Assembly (NCBI RefSeq): GCF_001194135.2
Contig: NC_068982.1
Coordinates: 74,379,160 to 74,421,692, forward strand
Direction of reading: 5' to 3'
Length of the DNA: 42,533 bases
Origin: Octopus bimaculoides
Lineage: Eukaryota
Shown: one piece after another, positions 1 through 12,561 of the stretch
Layout of the letters: the number at the start of each line of letters is the position of its first letter
How positions within the stretch are numbered: position 1 is the stretch's first letter
The notes under the pieces: model-generated
The model's database searches: none
Told to the model about the DNA's origin: nothing
The model's input: the letters and a program-made list of their open reading frames with translations, nothing else
Program-made: the position numbers and the translations under genes

Positions 1-107
1 TATATATATATATATATATATATACGACAAGCTTCCAGGATTCCACAGTTTCATAAAGATACACACACACAAATATATGCACACTTATATTCAGATAAAT
101 ATATATA

Positions 108-278
108 CACAACAGGCCTCCATTCAATTTCCGTCTACTTTATTCATTCACAAGGCACTGCTCGACCCGAAGCTATAGTAGAATACACTTACCCAGGTTG
201 CTGTGTAGTGAGACGAAACCCAAAACTACGAGGTTGCAAAGCGATCTTTTTTTAACCATACAGCCATGTCTGCGTCTA
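108..278 (-). mobile_element. tRNA-derived SINE, family A (head and body)
   Basis: Reverse complement reads gacgcagacatggctgtatggtt...ctgggtaagtgtattctactatagcttcgggtcgagcagtgccttgtgaatga...gtagacggaaattgaatggaggcctgttg; homologous to + strand copies at 7001-7153, 8278-8340 and 25603-25680; A-box-like TGGCTGTRTGGT. Confidence 0.8.
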
Positions 279-734
279 TTGTATCTTTGCAAATGGTTCT
301 GTTTGGTTTAGGATGATCTAGCGCTAAACAACAACAACAAAACAAATACACCGCTCATACACTTTACTGCACTAGCATGCATACAATATAGATATGGATT
401 ATTGTTTGTTTTTACATTAATACAAGCCACAAATTCATATGTCAGGGAAGAGAGTAATCAATGAAATCGATATTGCTAGCCTTTAGTTTGTAGGCCACAA
501 CAGGGGAAAAGGCAAGGTTGCTCCAACAGACTTTCAAATATAAATGTTAAGGAACAGCATTAAATACTTCTAAGGTAGATATTCCCCTCTTCTGACACCC
601 CACTGCCAATGTCTTTCTTGCTCTTTATTTCCTTAAGTCCTAGGACTGCCGGTTTCCATGACGTGTATAAATGACCGAGATCCCAACGTTACCTCTGAAC
701 GAGATTCCGGTCTGTTGCAGGCTTCGAGGTCAGC

Positions 735-1693
<959 letters not shown>

Positions 1694-2068
1694 AGTGAGA
1701 GAGCAATGCATGCCATCAAAGTGACACTGGGGTAAAATATACGAAGCCCAATATTCCCATCAAGACTACCCGTCTGATAAGGGTGCACCAAGCAAATGCA
1801 TCACAACCATGGTGATCTCATATCAAGATTAACAGAGCATGTGGGGCCCAGTTAGAATTTTCTTCGGGTCAAAAGGTCCCTGAATAAGGGTTGTTTAAGG
1901 ATGTTGAACGACACACCCAAAGAATTCCTCTCAACACCTATGATGCTCCTCCACTACTTCTGCTCGTGATCAGAGATGCACATATCGTCAGCCACTAAGG
2001 GACATGCTCAACCAGTTAGACCCAGACAATTGACAAGCAAATTAGTGGTATTGAGCAGAATGTTTGCT
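1694..2068 (-). mobile_element. Non-autonomous retroposon-like interspersed repeat ending in an (AAT)n tail
   Basis: Non-coding block whose minus-strand 3' end runs directly into the (AAT)n array at 1608-1693; resembles from memory an abundant octopus repeat; only one copy in this window. Confidence 0.5.
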
Positions 2069-2069
2069 G

Positions 2070-2266
2070 AACCTTGCAGATTCGTTAGCCCATCTGGCAA
2101 AATGCTTAGTGGCATTTCGTCCGTCTTTACGTTCTGAGTTCAAATTCCACCGAAGTCGACTTCGCCTTTCATCCTTTTGGGGTCGAGAAGTTAAGTACCA
2201 GTGAAACACTGGGGTCGATGTAATCGACTGATCCGCTACTCCCAAATTTTAGGCCTTGTGTCTTTT
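2070..2266 (+). mobile_element. tRNA-derived SINE, family B
   Basis: Head gcagattcgttagc (A-box-like), gagttcaaattcc (B-box-like), body gtcgacttcgcctttcatccttttggggtcga, followed by an (ATT)n tail; homologous to 7272-7476, 7528-7738, 14612-14735, 18252-18430, 18925-19091. Confidence 0.88.
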
Positions 2267-2277
2267 ATTATTATTAA

Positions 2278-2361
<84 letters not shown>

Positions 2362-2466
2362 TATTAGTTTATTTGTCAGAGTTCTTTCGTCACACATTCT
2401 GTGACTTCTTCAACGACTTTCTGTTCCACGTGTATCTCTATCTGTGCATGCGTTTACGTCTATGTC

Positions 2467-2508
<42 letters not shown>

Positions 2509-2535
2509 CGTGCGCGCGTGTGTGTGTGTGCGTGT
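2267..2535. repeat. (ATT)n(ATC)n array and (GT)n array
   Basis: Direct reading: (ATT)n(ATC)n 2267-2362 and (GT)n about 2469-2535, separated by a short non-simple block. Confidence 0.95.
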
Positions 2536-2669
2536 GTCTATGTGTTTAATATGTGTATCTTGTGTACGTGTATATGGGTTTGTACATTACTCAGTGTATA
2601 TAAGCTTTCGTAATTGGCCGGCAACGTTCTTGAGACTCTTGATGTAAATTCGTGTTTTAAAACATATTT

Positions 2670-3140
2670 TGTTGTATCTCAGGAGGGTCATTGTGCCAAT
2701 AATAATCACACGCACTGGTTGTATTTCATTACTTTATTATCTGTCAATTTGTTAACTACTTAACCAATTAACTACTAAATAGTTTCATTAATCGTTCGAT
2801 TAATGAATGAATGAATGAATCAATCAATCAATCAATCAATTAATTAGTCTATCAGTTACCTTTGTCAAAGTTCTTTCGTCGCAATTTGTGACCTCATCAA
2901 TGATATGCCCTCTCTATTCTAGGTCTGTTTCAGGTTTGTCTCAGAGAGAGACAGGCCTGAAGCAGACCGGCAGACGAAAGGACTTTCACAAACCTGTTTG
3001 ACTGATTAACCGTATGATTAACCAAATAATCAAACAGTTAATTGGTTAAATAGTGAACCAATTGAAAAATAAATAAAGAAGTGAAATAGAACCAGTGCGA
3101 GTATTCATTATTGGCATAATTATCCCCCAAAGAATCAACA
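2670..3140. mobile_element. Fold-back / MITE-like element with nested inverted repeats
   Basis: Outer arms about 2670-2773 and 3036-3140; inner arms 2861-2880/2973-2992; hairpin 2922-2942/2948-2968. Confidence 0.6.
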
Positions 3141-3413
3141 CAATTATATAAGCAAATGTAATCGTTTTTCTTGTTAACCAACTTGCATAAAACAAATGGT
3201 TCTGTATTTTGAGTGATAATTTTGATTTATTTGCTTATAGAACGAAAGAAGAGATAGCTAAAGGAAATATATTTTTAACATTTTAACATGAAAGGAAGGA
3301 AGGAAAATATGGAAGAAATTGAATTGAAGAACGTAAAGTCAAAGAGAGAAAAATTATTACTTTTAAACAAGTGAATACAATAGAAATATAGATTCGGAAA
3401 ATGAAACAAAAAT

Positions 3414-3510
3414 GATGATGATGATGATGATAATGAAAGTGATGATGATGATGATGAAGATGATGATGATGATGATGTTGATGATGACGACGATGACGAC
3501 AACAACAACT
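3414..3510. repeat. (GAT)n/(GAC)n/(AAC)n microsatellite
   Basis: Direct reading. Confidence 0.95.
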
Positions 3511-3619
3511 CTGTTTTCAATTCCATAAAGTTAATGAAACTAATCATGCATTAATTGAAATGACGATTACGAATACTGAAGCAGAAAAAGACGGATATTT
3601 AATCTCTGAATACATTTAT

Positions 3620-4090
3620 TTCAATAATCTGTGGAATAAATAGAATATCGGTTTATTTCTTCTCGAATAAAAACTGCCGAGTGTTTGAGATGTCTCTTAT
3701 CGGTTTTCTGGTGTTATTGGTGCAGTTAGTTACGGAATGGTTTCTATGGCATCGATAATTAGGATAATGTCGTAGATGTCGCAGGCTAACTGAAATAGAA
3801 AATGAAAAGGAAAATGTAAGATAAGAGAGGCTAGATCTGAGTTTTGGAGGTTGAGGTGGGTGATGAACGGTTGGAAAAAAATGATTAATTCAGGATTTAA
3901 AAAAAACTATGACAACAACCAAGTTAGTGATAGTATGAAGTGGGTGATATACGAACGCTAAGTGATTGAAGGATCAAGAATATTAAAAGGCCGTGTAAGT
4001 TTTGTTGAAAAAACATGACGATGGATCAAATATACTTGGAGGACGGAAATGAACAATAAGTTGGTTATCAAAAGATTTGTTTTGGTTTCA
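3620..4090 (-). mobile_element. Possible highly decayed CR1-like LINE 3' end
   Basis: Minus-strand peptides NILDPSIT and RHYPN, with a terminal tgaaataaa, faintly recall the C-terminus of CR1-like ORF2; many stops. Confidence 0.25.
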
Positions 4091-4124
4091 TTTTGCTGGA
4101 TGCAGTTTATGAAGTATAAGAATA

Positions 4125-4235
4125 TAATAAAGTGCGTAGCCTAGTGGTTAGGGTGTTACATTCACTATCGTAAGTTTGTGGTTTCTATTCTCGGACTGGG
4201 CTGTGCACTGTGTTTTTGAGAAAAACACTTCATTG
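4125..4235 (+). mobile_element. tRNA-derived SINE head, family C
   Basis: gcgtagcctagtggttagggtgtt (A-box-like) ... gtggtttctattctcggactggg ... tgtgtttttgagaaaaacactt, the last resembling the tgtgtccttgggcaagacactt core shared by many metazoan SINEs; 3' part replaced by an RTE fragment. Confidence 0.65.
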
Positions 4236-4620
4236 AGTCCTCAGGCACCTCCTCAATAGGGTCCTGTCAGAAGCGTTGTTACATTTTCCTGCTAGATTAC
4301 CAAGCGTAACCAACTGAAACTATGGATATTATCTAATCATTTTGTGCTTGATCTACCCCTACGTTTCTAGTCAGTTTGTTCGGCTTGAAGAATCCGTCTT
4401 GTGATATTTTGCTACGACACTCTGACCACATGTCCGTAGTACTGAAGCTGTGATCTCTGAATGCGGAGGAGTAGCGGTTCAACCTGGAGAGACACCTTGA
4501 TATTCGGAGAAACTCCTTTTTCGGTCGCTTGCATTCAAGATCATACTCTTTTGATCATTACCCAACATACATGAGCATAGCTGAAGGATAGGCACGAAAA
4601 CCGAATTGAAGATTACAAGT
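4236..4620 (-). mobile_element. RTE-clade LINE, decayed 3' end of ORF
   Basis: Minus-strand translation LVIFNSVFVP..MQATEKEFLR..QVEPLLLRIQRSQLQYYGHVVRV..RRILQAE..RGRS; homologous to 34090-34455, which has a larger internal segment. Confidence 0.85.
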
Positions 4621-5457
4621 TTTTTTTTCTTTTTTAAACCTCTACTCTTCTGAGGACCGAATATTTGAGCGGGTGTATTACTGTACCAGCACCGACAATT
4701 CTAGCATCCAATTCGACCAAAATATCTCAATGAAAATCGTGAACTTAGTAGGAATGGGAAAGTGACCAACACGTCAGGTCTACTTCCGAAAACGTCATGT
4801 CAGCGACCAATTTTGGGGATCTCACATTGACTTACATAGCCATATGCGACTCCACAGCAGTTTAATCTAGTGGACAACCATCCTTGCTCCCAAGGGATTG
4901 CTATGGTGTAATTTAACAGTAACAGCGTAGAAATTCAGTGGGGTGTGACTACGTTGTATAGGTCTTCGAACGGCTCCAATGTTCGATGCTTCAAATATAT
5001 TTTGGTGTAACACTATTTTGACGTAGCTGCTTCGTTTGTTCCGGTCAGAAATGTAAGCCATTCTGTCGGGTACTACGTGGAGGCAGGAATCTTTTAGGAT
5101 GCTTTTGGTATTGTTATCAAAGTCCTTTTTGCAACTGATCTTTAATCTCTGCTTAAAAATGTTCCATTCGTGGCCATCTCATCTTATATAAGGCACAGTG
5201 TATTCAGCACTATATTATCTTTAAACCTTTCATCTCGTCGTATTTAAATCTTAATGCATTTAGGACTACATTAGCCAATATGCTTTTTTCTTAAAGGATG
5301 GGTGAAATTTGAGGGGATTTGGTTGTTATTTCTAGCAAATCGCACGACTTAACTGAGGCACATTCGTTGGCTTGTAATATCGCTTCTCATGTTGGCGCTA
5401 GTAGTGATGGCTGCGGTTGGGTTAATGTTCATATTGTTTGTGTTGTAGTTGAAAATG

Positions 5458-5920
5458 CTACTGCTGCTGCTGCTGCTGCTGCTACTGCCCACACGGTGGT
5501 GGTGGTGGTGGTGGTGGTTGTTCAGCTGAAATTGATGCTGTTTTTGTTTTGTTTTGTTATTGGTATTGTTATTGCTATTACTACTTCTGCTTCACTTTTA
5601 TGTTTTGTTGTTGCTATTGTTGTTGTTGTTGTTGTTGTTAGTGTTGCATTTCGCATTACATAACCTGCTGCTACTATTGCTGCTGCTGCTGTTTCTGTTT
5701 TTGCTGCCATTTCTGTGAATTCAGTCATTGCATGCTATTCTTGGCATTTCTTGCTGCTGTAAATTTTTTTTCTGCAGTTGTTGCAGTTGTCAGAATTGTA
5801 CATTTTTATGTTGTTGCTGTTGTTGTTGCATGTCGTTGCTGCTGCAGTTCTTGTTATTTTTGTTGCTGTTGTGTGTTTTTTGCTGCAGTTTTTTTTAGTG
5901 TTGTTGTTGTTGTTGCTACG
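5458..5920. repeat. Low-complexity (GCT)n/(GGT)n/(GTT)n tract
   Basis: Direct reading; explains ORFs 5319-5663, 5522-5728, 5732-5938 and 5735-5956. Confidence 0.9.
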
Positions 5921-6185
5921 GTCCTGGCTATAACGTAGCTGCTTCCTTTTGTTCATTTCGGGTGGATGGTTTTATGACGTCGGGTGAGGGCACTTCAGAA
6001 ATTGACTAATATCAGGGTGGCGAGGGAACGGCAGGCGGATGGGGTTTAAGAGGGAGACAGAAATTGTGATATGAAGAGGAAGATTCATTGATAGAGCTGT
6101 ATATTGAGAGAGAAAGACAGAGAAAGATAGATAGAGGGGGCAGAGTGAGAGAAGAGGGAGAGAAAGTGTGTGTGAAGGAGGGAAG

Positions 6186-6235
6186 CACACACACACATAC
6201 GTAAATGTGTATATATGCGTGTGTATGTGTATATA

Positions 6236-6297
<62 letters not shown>

Positions 6298-6330
6298 TAC
6301 ACACACATATATATATACATATATGTATGT

Positions 6331-6362
<32 letters not shown>

Positions 6363-6410
6363 GTATATGCATATGTGTGTATGGATGTGTGTATATATGT
6401 ATATGTATAA
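6186..6410. repeat. (CA)n/(TA)n/(TG)n compound microsatellite
   Basis: Direct reading; followed by an A/G-rich low-complexity tract to about 7000. Confidence 0.95.
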
Positions 6411-7000
6411 ACGAGTGAAACAGAGAAGGGAAAGGAAAGAGAGGATGAGAGAAGAAAGAAAGTCTGGTGAAGGAGAAAAAGACAAAGAAATTTTCCAAAA
6501 AAATTTTAATTGAGAAAAAAATGGTGAAGGAGAAGAAGAAATTGAATGAAAAATCTTAAAGAGGAAACTGATGGATAAGTTGGTAAAACAAACGAAAAGA
6601 AATTGGAAAAATACGAATTGAGATAAAAGAAAACAGAAAAAATATGATAAAAATGGTGAAAAATAGCAGAAGATAAATGAATAACAAACACGAAAAAATA
6701 AAAATGAAGAGAAAATATAAAGAAGAAAGGAATGAACGGAAGGAAAAGAAAAATATTTTAAAATAGGCAAAAAGGGAAAGGGAAAGCAAGGATTTTTAAG
6801 AAAAATTAAATTTTAAAATGGACCCCAAATGAAAAGCGATGAAGCGGAGTTGAATAAAGAGGGAATGACGCCGAATGATATATTAAGTGGAACGAGGGGC
6901 TTAGGGAGAAGTGAGATAGGAAGGAGAGAAGAAATGGGTACGAGATTTAGGAAAGGTAGAAGCTAAAGAGGGAAAAAAATGAACAAAAAATTTATGAATT

Positions 7001-7153
7001 GATGCAGACATGGCTGTGTGGTTAACAAACTCGTTTTGTTACCACGTGGTTTCGAGTTTAGTCCCTTTGTAAGACACCGTGGGTAAGTGTTCTTCCACAA
7101 TAGCTCTTGACTGGACAGTGCTTTGTGAGTGAATTTGGTAGACGGAAACTGTG
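7001..7153 (+). mobile_element. tRNA-derived SINE, family A (head and body)
   Basis: gatgcagacatggctgtgtggtt...gtgggtaagtgttcttccacaatagctc...ttgtgagtgaatttggtagacggaaactg; homologous to 108-278. Confidence 0.85.
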
Positions 7154-7271
7154 GGTAAGTTTATACATACCATAGGAATTTAGAAACTTCGAGAGAATTA
7201 TCGAGATGATTGGATTAAAAAATTTTTTTTTTCAAAATCTGTAGAACTTGAAGTAGATAAAACTATAAATA

Positions 7272-7476
7272 TTAGCTTCAAATTTTGGCACAAGTTCAGA
7301 AATCTCGGATAAGGGGCTAAGTCGATTACAGTTATCCCATATTCAAGTGGTACTTATTCTATCGACCCCGAAAGGATGAAAGGCAAGTCAACCTCGGCGG
7401 TATGTGGACTCAGACGGACGAAATGTTGCGAAGCATTTGTCTGACGTGTTAACTATTCTGCCAGTTCGCCGCCCTT
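7272..7476 (-). mobile_element. tRNA-derived SINE, family B (near full length)
   Basis: tcgaccccgaaaggatgaaaggcaagtcaacctcggcgg...ctgccagttcgccgccctt is the reverse complement of the 2070-2266 family. Confidence 0.88.
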
Positions 7477-7738
7477 AATAATAATAACGATCCTTTCTAC
7501 TATAAGTACAAGACCTGAAATTTTGGTTTCTAATTTCAGCACAAGGCCAAAAATTTCGGAGTAGGGGTTAAGTCGATTACAATCATCCCAATACTCAACT
7601 GGTACTTATTCTAACGACCCCGAAAGGATGAGAGGAAAAGTCAACCTCGGCGGAATTTGAACTTAGAACATAAAGACGGACGAAATGCTGCTAAGCATTT
7701 TGTTCGGAGTGCTAACGATTCTGCCAGCTCACCGTCTT
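7477..7738 (-). mobile_element. tRNA-derived SINE, family B, second tandem copy with an extra 3' tail module
   Basis: Copy at 7528-7738 is homologous to 7272-7476; 7477-7527 is an additional 3' end (minus strand ...tcttgtacttatagtagaaaggatcgttattattatt). Confidence 0.85.
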
Positions 7739-7864
7739 AGATAAAAACATAAAAAATTAGCTTGTAAATATTGGGTTGAAAACATTTGGGTAACCCTCAA
7801 TATTTTTTATGCAAAAGGCTTTGACTCAATATTGAAATGCTTTTTTATAGTATTATGTGTGAGT

Positions 7865-8066
7865 GTGTGTGTATTTGTCTCCCGCCACCGCATAACAACT
7901 GGTGTTGGTTTGTTTGTGTTCCTTTAACTTAATCGATTAGATAAAAAGAATAAGTATAAAAAATAAGTAGTAAGGTCGATTTTTTCGACTAAACGCTTCA
8001 AGTCGGTACCTCATGGCGGTCCAATGACTGAAACAAGGCGGTCCAATGACTGAAACCAATAAAAGA
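7865..8066 (+). mobile_element. SINE family A, 3' module only
   Basis: caccgcataacaactggtgttgg...gtcgattttttcgactaa...aatgactgaaac; homologous to 8400-8584 and 25715-25860; 22-bp local duplication at 8015-8056. Confidence 0.75.
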
Positions 8067-8277
8067 TGAATTTATAAATAAATGACTGAAAGCCACAAAA
8101 AAGATAGTCACGAATATTGAGAGCGAAAAATAGTAAAGAAAAAAGCAGAAAATATTTTATAGCTTGAAATATGAAAGCCACGAAAAACAAATAGATAAGT
8201 GAAATAAAATAAAATGAAATTAAGAGTGAGAGACTGAAAAAAAAAATGAATTAAATTCTGAAAGAAAGCGAATACTG

Positions 8278-8584
8278 TAGCAACGGGCCGACCAAAGCCT
8301 TGTGAGTGGATTTGGTAGATGGAAACTGAAAGAAGTCCGTCGTGTATATATATTGTATATTTATACCTATGTGCGTGACTGTGTCTTTGTTTGTCACCCC
8401 ATCACCGCTTGACAACCGGTGTTGTGTGTTTATGTCCCCCGTAACTTAGCGGTTCGGCCAAAGAGTCTGGTAGAATAATTACCAGGCTTTAAAAAATAAG
8501 TCCTGGGGTCGATATGTTCAACTAAAAGCTGGTTCTCCAGCATGGCCGCATTCACATAACTGAAACAAGTAAAAGAATTAAAGA
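8278..8584 (+). mobile_element. SINE family A, 5'-truncated copy with body and 3' module
   Basis: gggccgaccaaagccttgtgagtggatttggtagatggaaactgaaag, a TA/TG linker, then ttgacaaccgg...gtaacttagcggttcgg...ctggggtcga...ccagcatggccgc...ctgaaacaagtaaaaga. Confidence 0.88.
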
Positions 8585-8679
8585 CTATATACCATGAATA
8601 TAAATTCAGAGTAAGTGGAAAGCCTCTATAGAAAAAAAGCAATGGAGAAAGAATCAGATAAAGCGGAGGGAGATAATGG

Positions 8680-8744
8680 ATAGATAAATAGAAAGATAAA
8701 CAGACAGACAGACCAGGCAGACAAATAGATAGATTGATAGATAA

Positions 8745-8813
<69 letters not shown>

Positions 8814-9040
8814 AGAAATACACAGACACATACACATACAAGTAAAAGGAAGATTATGCGACAAAGAGGCAACAAATTAAAACAAATATAAGAGGTGGCA
8901 GAATAAGTGTAGAAATATGAAACGAAACAGCAATCAGAGAATGTGTACAATGAAACAAACATACAAGGACATATGTATAAGCATGCATGTATGTATGTAT
9001 GTATGTATGTATGTATGTATGTATGTATGTATGTATTATG
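8680..9040. repeat. (GATA)n and (TATG)n microsatellites
   Basis: Direct reading: (GATA)n about 8725-8812, (TATG)n about 8987-9034. Confidence 0.95.
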
Positions 9041-9170
9041 CATGCATATATGTATGTATATATGTGATTTGCAAATATATATATTATACATAAATACAAA
9101 AAAGTAAAAAGTAAAAAGATATGCAATAAATATAAATATATATATAAAAGTAAAAATATACATACATATA

Positions 9171-10950
9171 GCGGTGTCAGTCAGAAGAAAATGTCAATTT
9201 GCTGTTGATTTTGAGCCATATATCTCCTTATCATAAGAGTACAAACCCTTGGCCCCATTTCTATCAGCTGCTTCTTATGCCCCTTTTGCTCTATCATTCC
9301 ACCATTCCTGTTTAATTTTCCTTAGAGCAGTCTGCACTTTCTTTTTCAGCTTTCTGTAAGTTTTGTTTGAGTTGGGGTTCAAGGACTGAGAAAGAAGTGT
9401 ATTGCTTAAATTTTGTTTTTCTAAAAGTAGATCATGAATTTCTGCTCATCTATCTGAGAACCAGTCACTGGACTTATGTGATTTAAGTCCCACTGGCGAA
9501 TTTGCAGCCTGAAATACTTTTGTTTTGAAATCTTCTCATAGATTGTTTGGGTCAAGATTGATACTTTCTACAGCATCGTGGAATCTTTGCAAATTTCTTG
9601 ATAATTTAAAGTTTGCAACATCTAACTTTTTTGGTACCTTAGGACCAGACTGTCGATTTTTAGGCATTATCGAAAAATCTATTTTTCCACCCACTAGATG
9701 ATGGTCAGTCCAGCTCCCTGCCCCTCTCACGATCCGAACGCTAGAAACGTCTTTCATATCACGTTTCTTGATCAGAATATAGTCTATGAGATTCTAGTTC
9801 TTAGATCTTGGGTGCATCCAGGTGGTTTTATATTTATTTTTCTGCTTAAACAATGTTGGTGACAACTAGATTATTCTCAGTACAAAACGTCAAAAGAGCT
9901 ACTCCATTTTTATTGCATTTTCCAATCCCATGTCGACCTAAAACAGGCCATGAAACATAGTCCTTTCCACCTCTTGCATTGAAATCTCCCAATATGACCA
10001 GCTTGTCAGAAATTGGTACTTTCCTCAATAATCGTGCTAGATGGTCATAAAACTGTCCTACAGTTTCATCAGAATGGGACATTGTTGGTGCATAAATACT
10101 GACAACGGTAAGTCAGTTTAATACGGCATGACATGATCCGTTCAGATATACCACTTGGAAGCTCTGCAATGGAGGATACTAATGTATTCTTGAGAGCAAA
10201 CCCAACACCAGATTTTCTTCGCTGATCCTTTGGTAGGCCTCTCCAAAAGATAGTATATCCATAAATAGGTTCATTTACTTGACCCTCACCAGAGAGACGA
10301 GTTTCAGAGAGCGCAACTATATCAAGGGAATATTTCTTAAACTCACATGCAATAAGTGCAGTCGCCTCTTGTTGAAATTATCATCAAGAGGTGTGCGCAC
10401 ATTCCAACAACCGAAATTCAAAGGATGTTTATTTTTACTTTTCTTGAAGATTGTTTGACAACAGTGGCAGGATGACGACTGGGTCCAGCCTGTGATACAC
10501 TGGGACACCTGTCGAGCCAGACCTGTTCCCCTGACGTTCCCAAGCCTTTTTTTGCCATTTACTGAATCTGTTTGAGACATTTGAGAGTAAGTTACAAGTG
10601 CCTTTTTAGGTTTCTGCCAACCAACCAATTCAATGATTTTACTAAGATTTGGAGTACAGGAAATACCTGTGCAGATGAATAATTTTCAATGGGTGTAGCT
10701 TGCACTGCACTACCTCCACCTATTGGTCCAAGAAGACTTTCGCCGGTGTGACATGAAAATTGACAAAACCAGGAACTTCCAAGGCCTCAGGTTTTATTTC
10801 GGAGATTTCCTCCTAGGTAGATTACCAACCAAGGTTAAAGAGCTTCTAACTGCCCATTAGGTAAGCTATCTGATTCCAGACACCAAACCGACACTCAGAC
10901 ACTCTATAAAGTGATCAAATATCACTCCGATGACCGACGCAGAGTAGCTC
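9171..10950 (-). mobile_element. RTE (BovB-like) LINE, 5'UTR plus apurinic endonuclease domain and linker, decayed
   Basis: Minus-strand peptides LNFGCWNVRT, VALSETRLSGEGQ, VILGDFNAR, GRHGIGKCNKNG, HPRSKN, VRGAGSWTDHHLV, ending in the linker at LLTD; several frameshifts and stops. Confidence 0.93.
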
Positions 10951-10972
10951 ATTCATAAAAGAAAAAAATATG

Positions 10973-12405
10973 ACATTTAAATACCTTTATAGTTCCAAAT
11001 ATAGTATCTGAGTCTCAGTGTGGTTTTTCGTTCCTCTAGGACGATTAAAAGAAAAGTGCATAGAACAGAATCTTGCTCTAAACCATTGCTTTGTAGATCT
11101 GAGCAAAACATTCGATACTGTTAATCGAAATATTATGTGGCTAATTCTAAGGAAAATAGGTTGCTCAGAAAAATTTGTTAACATGGTCAGGGCTTTGCAT
11201 CAAGATATGAAAGCTAGAGTTAATTTTAGTGGTAGGCTCTCTGAATCTTTTGCTGTGGAAAATGGAGTAAAGCAAGGAGACCTTGATGCACCCACCCTCT
11301 TTGCAATATACTTTGCTGTTGTGTTGTCACATGCTTTTAAAAACTCTGAGGAGGGTATTTACATAAAATATTGAACAACAGGGAATGTTTTTAATCTGAC
11401 CAGACTGAAATTCAAAAATGAAGGTTTTTACTTCACTCATTAGGGAACTTTTGTACGCTGATGATTGCGATCTTGTCAGTCATTNNNNNNNNNNNNNNNN
11501 NNNNNNNNNNNNNNNNNNNNNNNNNNNNNNNNNNNNNNNNNNNNNNNNNNNNNNNNNNNNNNNNNNNNNNNNNNNNNNNNNNNNNNNNNNCAGGTCTGCA
11601 ATCTCTTGTATCTGCATTTGACTCAGCTTGTGATGATTTTGTCTTGACCATCAACTTGAAAAAAAACAGTTGTAATGCATCAACCTGCGTGTGGTGCTGT
11701 TTGTAACCCCACTAAAATTATGGAAGCTCTGTTCAAAATGATGGAAATCTTGGTACAGAAATGCAGCTGCGAATTCAAAAGCAGCAAAAGCATTTGGTGG
11801 CTTGGAGTCATGCGTTTGGTGCCAGCGACATATAAATAAGAATACAAAGCTGGCTCTTTACAGATCATTTGTCTTACCATCCCTGTTATGAAAGGCATTT
11901 TAAACTGTTAGGACAATTCCACCAAAAATGCCTTCATCGCATTTAAAAAATTAAATGGAGTTCTTTTACTCCAAACACAGATGTCCTTGCATCTGCAGGC
12001 ATCGCCTCAATTAAAGCTATGATTTTGAGGAACCAATTGAGAAGGTGTGGCCATATTGTTCGAATGGCAGGTGAACGCATGCCGAAGGAGCTGTTTTATG
12101 GTGAGCTTGCAGAGGGGAAAGGCTATCGGCGTAAACCTTAAAAAAGGTTTAAGGATGGCATAAGGACTACTATGAAGTCACTTGGAATGGTTCCAGAAGA
12201 TATGGAAACCATTGCTACGGATCGAGTTGGATGGCAAACAAAGGTGTGGAGTGGAGTAAAAGCATTTGAAGAGGCCAGAATAACGCAAGTAAGACTCAAA
12301 AGAGATCTAAGGAAGNNNNNNNNNNAGCCACATCAGATGCCATGATGGTGCTAAGGTGTAGGTACAGGAGGTGGTCAAACTCAGTATAAGGGGTAGACAA
12401 CTACC
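10973..12405 (+). mobile_element. RTE (BovB-like) LINE, reverse transcriptase to 3' end with (TATG) tail, decayed
   Basis: ESQCGF, EKCIEQN, FVDLSKTFDTV, GVKQGD..APTLF, ELLYADDC, then GHIVRM..RMPKELFYGEL; 3' end gtagacaactaccatgtatg matches 25991-26010. Confidence 0.95.
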
Positions 12406-12483
12406 ATGTATGTATATATAAATGTATGCCTGCATGTATGCATATCTATGTATCCATGTATCAATCTCTCCTCTCTCTCTCTG

Positions 12484-12559
<76 letters not shown>

Positions 12560-12561
<2 letters not shown>

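Noticed and set aside
4640-5250. Higher-complexity stretch that might be an old retroelement or exon
   Set aside because: No diagnostic motif found on either strand.
5255-5395. Segment resembling a remembered octopus repeat end (gaggggatttggttgttatttctagc)
   Set aside because: Short and decayed; support rests on memory plus a 20-bp echo near 25092, too weak to list as a feature.
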